From a candidate division WOR-3 bacterium (lineage in GTDB: Bacteria > Hydrothermota > Tepidihabitantia > SM23-42 > JAOAFX01), in NCBI GenBank assembly GCA_039802265.1, contig JBDRWI010000049.1, positions 1 to 16,415 of the forward strand: a stretch of DNA of 16,415 bases, written 5' to 3'. The position numbers and the translations under genes are program-made. The notes beneath the pieces were generated by a model. The model saw only the letters and a program-made list of their open reading frames with translations. It had not been told where the DNA came from and made no database searches. Positions within the stretch are counted from its first letter, which is position 1; each line of letters starts with the position of its first letter. Below are positions 14,105 to 16,415 of the stretch, piece after piece.

Positions 14105-16415
14105 GTGAAACAGAAATTAATAATTGAATTTGTGTCGCTGATGTTAATTCTTGGCATCGGTCTTGCCAATACTCCCCAAGTTGTTTTTGATAAAGATGCA
14201 ATGCATCCGAAAAGACCAGACCCTGCAGATTTGATAGTTGTCACCAACGGGTTCTATGATTTGATTATTGAGACTGATTATGGTATTGGCACATACACTG
14301 TTAGAACTGGTAGTAATCACCCAGCAACCGTTGCTGCCGGTGGAGTTAAACAGAATGTGTTGTATGGTGGTGCATACGGTAATCCCTGGTCAACTTACCT
14401 AACCGTGAAATCTTATACTTCTAATACGAATTATTATACAAGAACAGGCACTCCATATCCAGATTCAGGTTGCACTGGCGTGCAACTTGATAATGCGATA
14501 TCTTCAATAACGCAACCTACACCGACATCAGTCTTATGTGTTTGGAATATTACTGGTATGAATGATTATTTGACAATCAAACAGAATACTTTTATTGACG
14601 GCACGACGCTGGATGATTCCAAAATCGGCGTGACCGCTACAGTTAAGAATACCGGCAATGATACCGTAAAAATTGGTATTAGATACGAATGGGATATTAT
14701 GATTGATGGTAATGACGCTTCAATATTCAGAACAAAAAATCCCCAAGGACCTTGGCTAAATACCGAAACTCAATGGTCAAACATTTATTATACTCATTAC
14801 GAGATAACTGACAATCAGTATACTCCGACTTTTTATAATTTAGGAACAGCAACCGGGCCATCTTATCTTACACCACCACCAACACCGCCTGATTTATTAT
14901 CTTATGCATCCTGGTATTATAGCTATTCCAATGCATTTAATTATACGGTGCAGGGTTTGTCTGGTTATGACAGCGCAATCCTCTATTACTGGGGCGATAA
15001 TTTAGCTAATGCCAAAATACTTGCACCGGGCGATTCAATAATGGTAACCCAATACTTGTTCGCTTCGCTATTTACATTTACTTATCAAGCGGATAATCAT
15101 ATCAAGAATTCTAATGAGGGCACATACATTGGCGACAATATTTATAATCTGAATGGTGAAGGGCAAACCAAAACACAAAATGCCTCGACTGTCAATCCGG
15201 CAGTCTATCATATCAAGATTGAAAATGATGGTAATGGGTCAGATGGTTTCATTGTTAACGAATTAACGACTGACAGACAAAATTGGAATGTCAGTTATTA
15301 TGACGCATTAATCGGTGGCAATAATATTACATCAGAGATTCAAGGTAGCGGTTGGTCAACCGGTGCGCTTAATCCCGGGCAATTCCGTGAAATCAGAATG
15401 GAAGTTATACCCGATGCCGGCGTCGCCAACGGCAGCACAAAAACAATTGATGTAATGTCAACATCAGTGAATGATAACGCCAAAAAAGATGTTGTCCGAA
15501 CAATCACTACTGCCGGTATCCAAGGCGTTCATGATGTTGGGGCATATCAGATTATATCGCCAAGCGGTGTTGTTAATGTCGGGGATTTAGTAATTCCCAA
15601 AACAGTTGTTCAAAACTACGGTGATTTTACCGAGTCATTTAGTGTTAACCTTTCGTTTAATGGCTATAGCGATACCAAGAGTGTATTTAATTTAGCCCCT
15701 GGTGCAATTGACACGGTTGAGTTTGATGGTTGGACTGCAGTTCCTGGCTGGTATTTAGTAAAATCGTATACCATGCTCAGTGGCGATGAAGACCCTGAAA
15801 ATGATACGACTTATATGGAATTTTATGTTTCGGCTCAGATGGTTGATGTGGCAATTGTTGATATTTTAGTGCCGTCAGAACCAATCGTCAGTTGTTATGA
15901 TTATGAGCCAGCAGTGCTTATTCATACAAGCGGTGCCAGCGGTCCAGTCCCCTGTTCAGTTTTAGTTAGAATTACTCGTTTTCCATCACGAATGATTAGT
16001 TACTGTAATGTCGGCGTCGACTCACTCAATCCAATTGTTGAATATGAAGAATGGGTTTATACAATGGTTAATCCTGATTATGACACAGTTTATTTGCCAA
16101 GTTGGCATCCTTATTGGTGGGATATCGACTGGACTCAATACCCAGCATATCATCTTGTTTATGCCGAAGTAATTTCACCTAACGATGAAAATCCTAATAA
16201 TAATAGTATGTTAAAGCAATTTACGGTTGATGGACGGCCTAATGATTTGCAGATGAACTGGACTGGGCTGTTAAATGGCTACGAAGTAATCCATGATGAA
16301 ACAATTCCGAATGTGACCTACAATGTTGCATCAGCGGTGTCATTATCTGAAGGTGGCCCGAATGCCCGATTCCGCTCCTGGGTTAAAATCATCCGTGAAG
16401 CAGATAATGCCGTTG
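14105..16415 (+). CDS. Secreted multidomain surface protein (3'-partial, >770 aa): unassigned beta-rich N-domain, Ig/NEW3-like domain, CARDB-like domains; probable T9SS cargo
   Basis: Absent from the ORF track because there is no stop in the window. GGAGG at 14096-14100 then GTG; my translation runs MKQKLIIEFVSLMLILGIGLANTPQ... to ...FRSWVKIIREADNAV without a stop. CARDB-like domain at 15530-15829; 15845-16415 aligns with gene 3 repeats 10-11. Confidence 0.85.
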   Translation, partial: MKQKLIIEFVSLMLILGIGLANTPQVVFDKDAMHPKRPDPADLIVVTNGFYDLIIETDYGIGTYTVRTGSNHPATVAAGGVKQNVLYGGAYGNPWSTYLTVKSYTSNTNYYTRTGTPYPDSGCTGVQLDNAISSITQPTPTSVLCVWNITGMNDYLTIKQNTFIDGTTLDDSKIGVTATVKNTGNDTVKIGIRYEWDIMIDGNDASIFRTKNPQGPWLNTETQWSNIYYTHYEITDNQYTPTFYNLGTATGPSYLTPPPTPPDLLSYASWYYSYSNAFNYTVQGLSGYDSAILYYWGDNLANAKILAPGDSIMVTQYLFASLFTFTYQADNHIKNSNEGTYIGDNIYNLNGEGQTKTQNASTVNPAVYHIKIENDGNGSDGFIVNELTTDRQNWNVSYYDALIGGNNITSEIQGSGWSTGALNPGQFREIRMEVIPDAGVANGSTKTIDVMSTSVNDNAKKDVVRTITTAGIQGVHDVGAYQIISPSGVVNVGDLVIPKTVVQNYGDFTESFSVNLSFNGYSDTKSVFNLAPGAIDTVEFDGWTAVPGWYLVKSYTMLSGDEDPENDTTYMEFYVSAQMVDVAIVDILVPSEPIVSCYDYEPAVLIHTSGASGPVPCSVLVRITRFPSRMISYCNVGVDSLNPIVEYEEWVYTMVNPDYDTVYLPSWHPYWWDIDWTQYPAYHLVYAEVISPNDENPNNNSMLKQFTVDGRPNDLQMNWTGLLNGYEVIHDETIPNVTYNVASAVSLSEGGPNARFRSWVKIIREADNAV

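Noticed and set aside
1..16415. CRISPR array, tRNA/rRNA, transposase or integrase
   Set aside because: No short repeat-spacer periodicity, nearly all sequence is coding, and no such motifs were recognised.

Overview
All four genes are on the + strand and form a cluster of type IX secretion (T9SS)-style surface proteins, probably from a diderm FCB-group bacterium outside Bacteroidota (strong Shine-Dalgarno use; WOR-3-like is a guess). (1) A 5'-truncated giant protein (>2560 aa, <3..7685) of strictly alternating A/B Ig-like, Asp-rich domains ends in an atypical T9SS-like C-terminal domain (CTD). (2) A PorV/PorQ-family beta-barrel is fused through a coiled coil to an OmpA-like peptidoglycan-binding domain (7776..9206). 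(3) A 1555-aa protein (9352..14019) has a cleaved-adhesin-like tip, 11 CARDB-like repeats in which three turn glycines are mostly replaced by Cys beside conserved His, and a canonical type A CTD. (4) A 3'-truncated gene missing from the ORF track (GTG 14105..>16415) shares a two-domain module with gene 3. Each intergenic region holds a hairpin just upstream of the next RBS. The best novelty candidates are a cell-wall-tethered cognate PorV-like anchor for a giant adhesin and a Cys/His-stapled CARDB rod. Family assignments come from motif recognition by eye; no searches were run.
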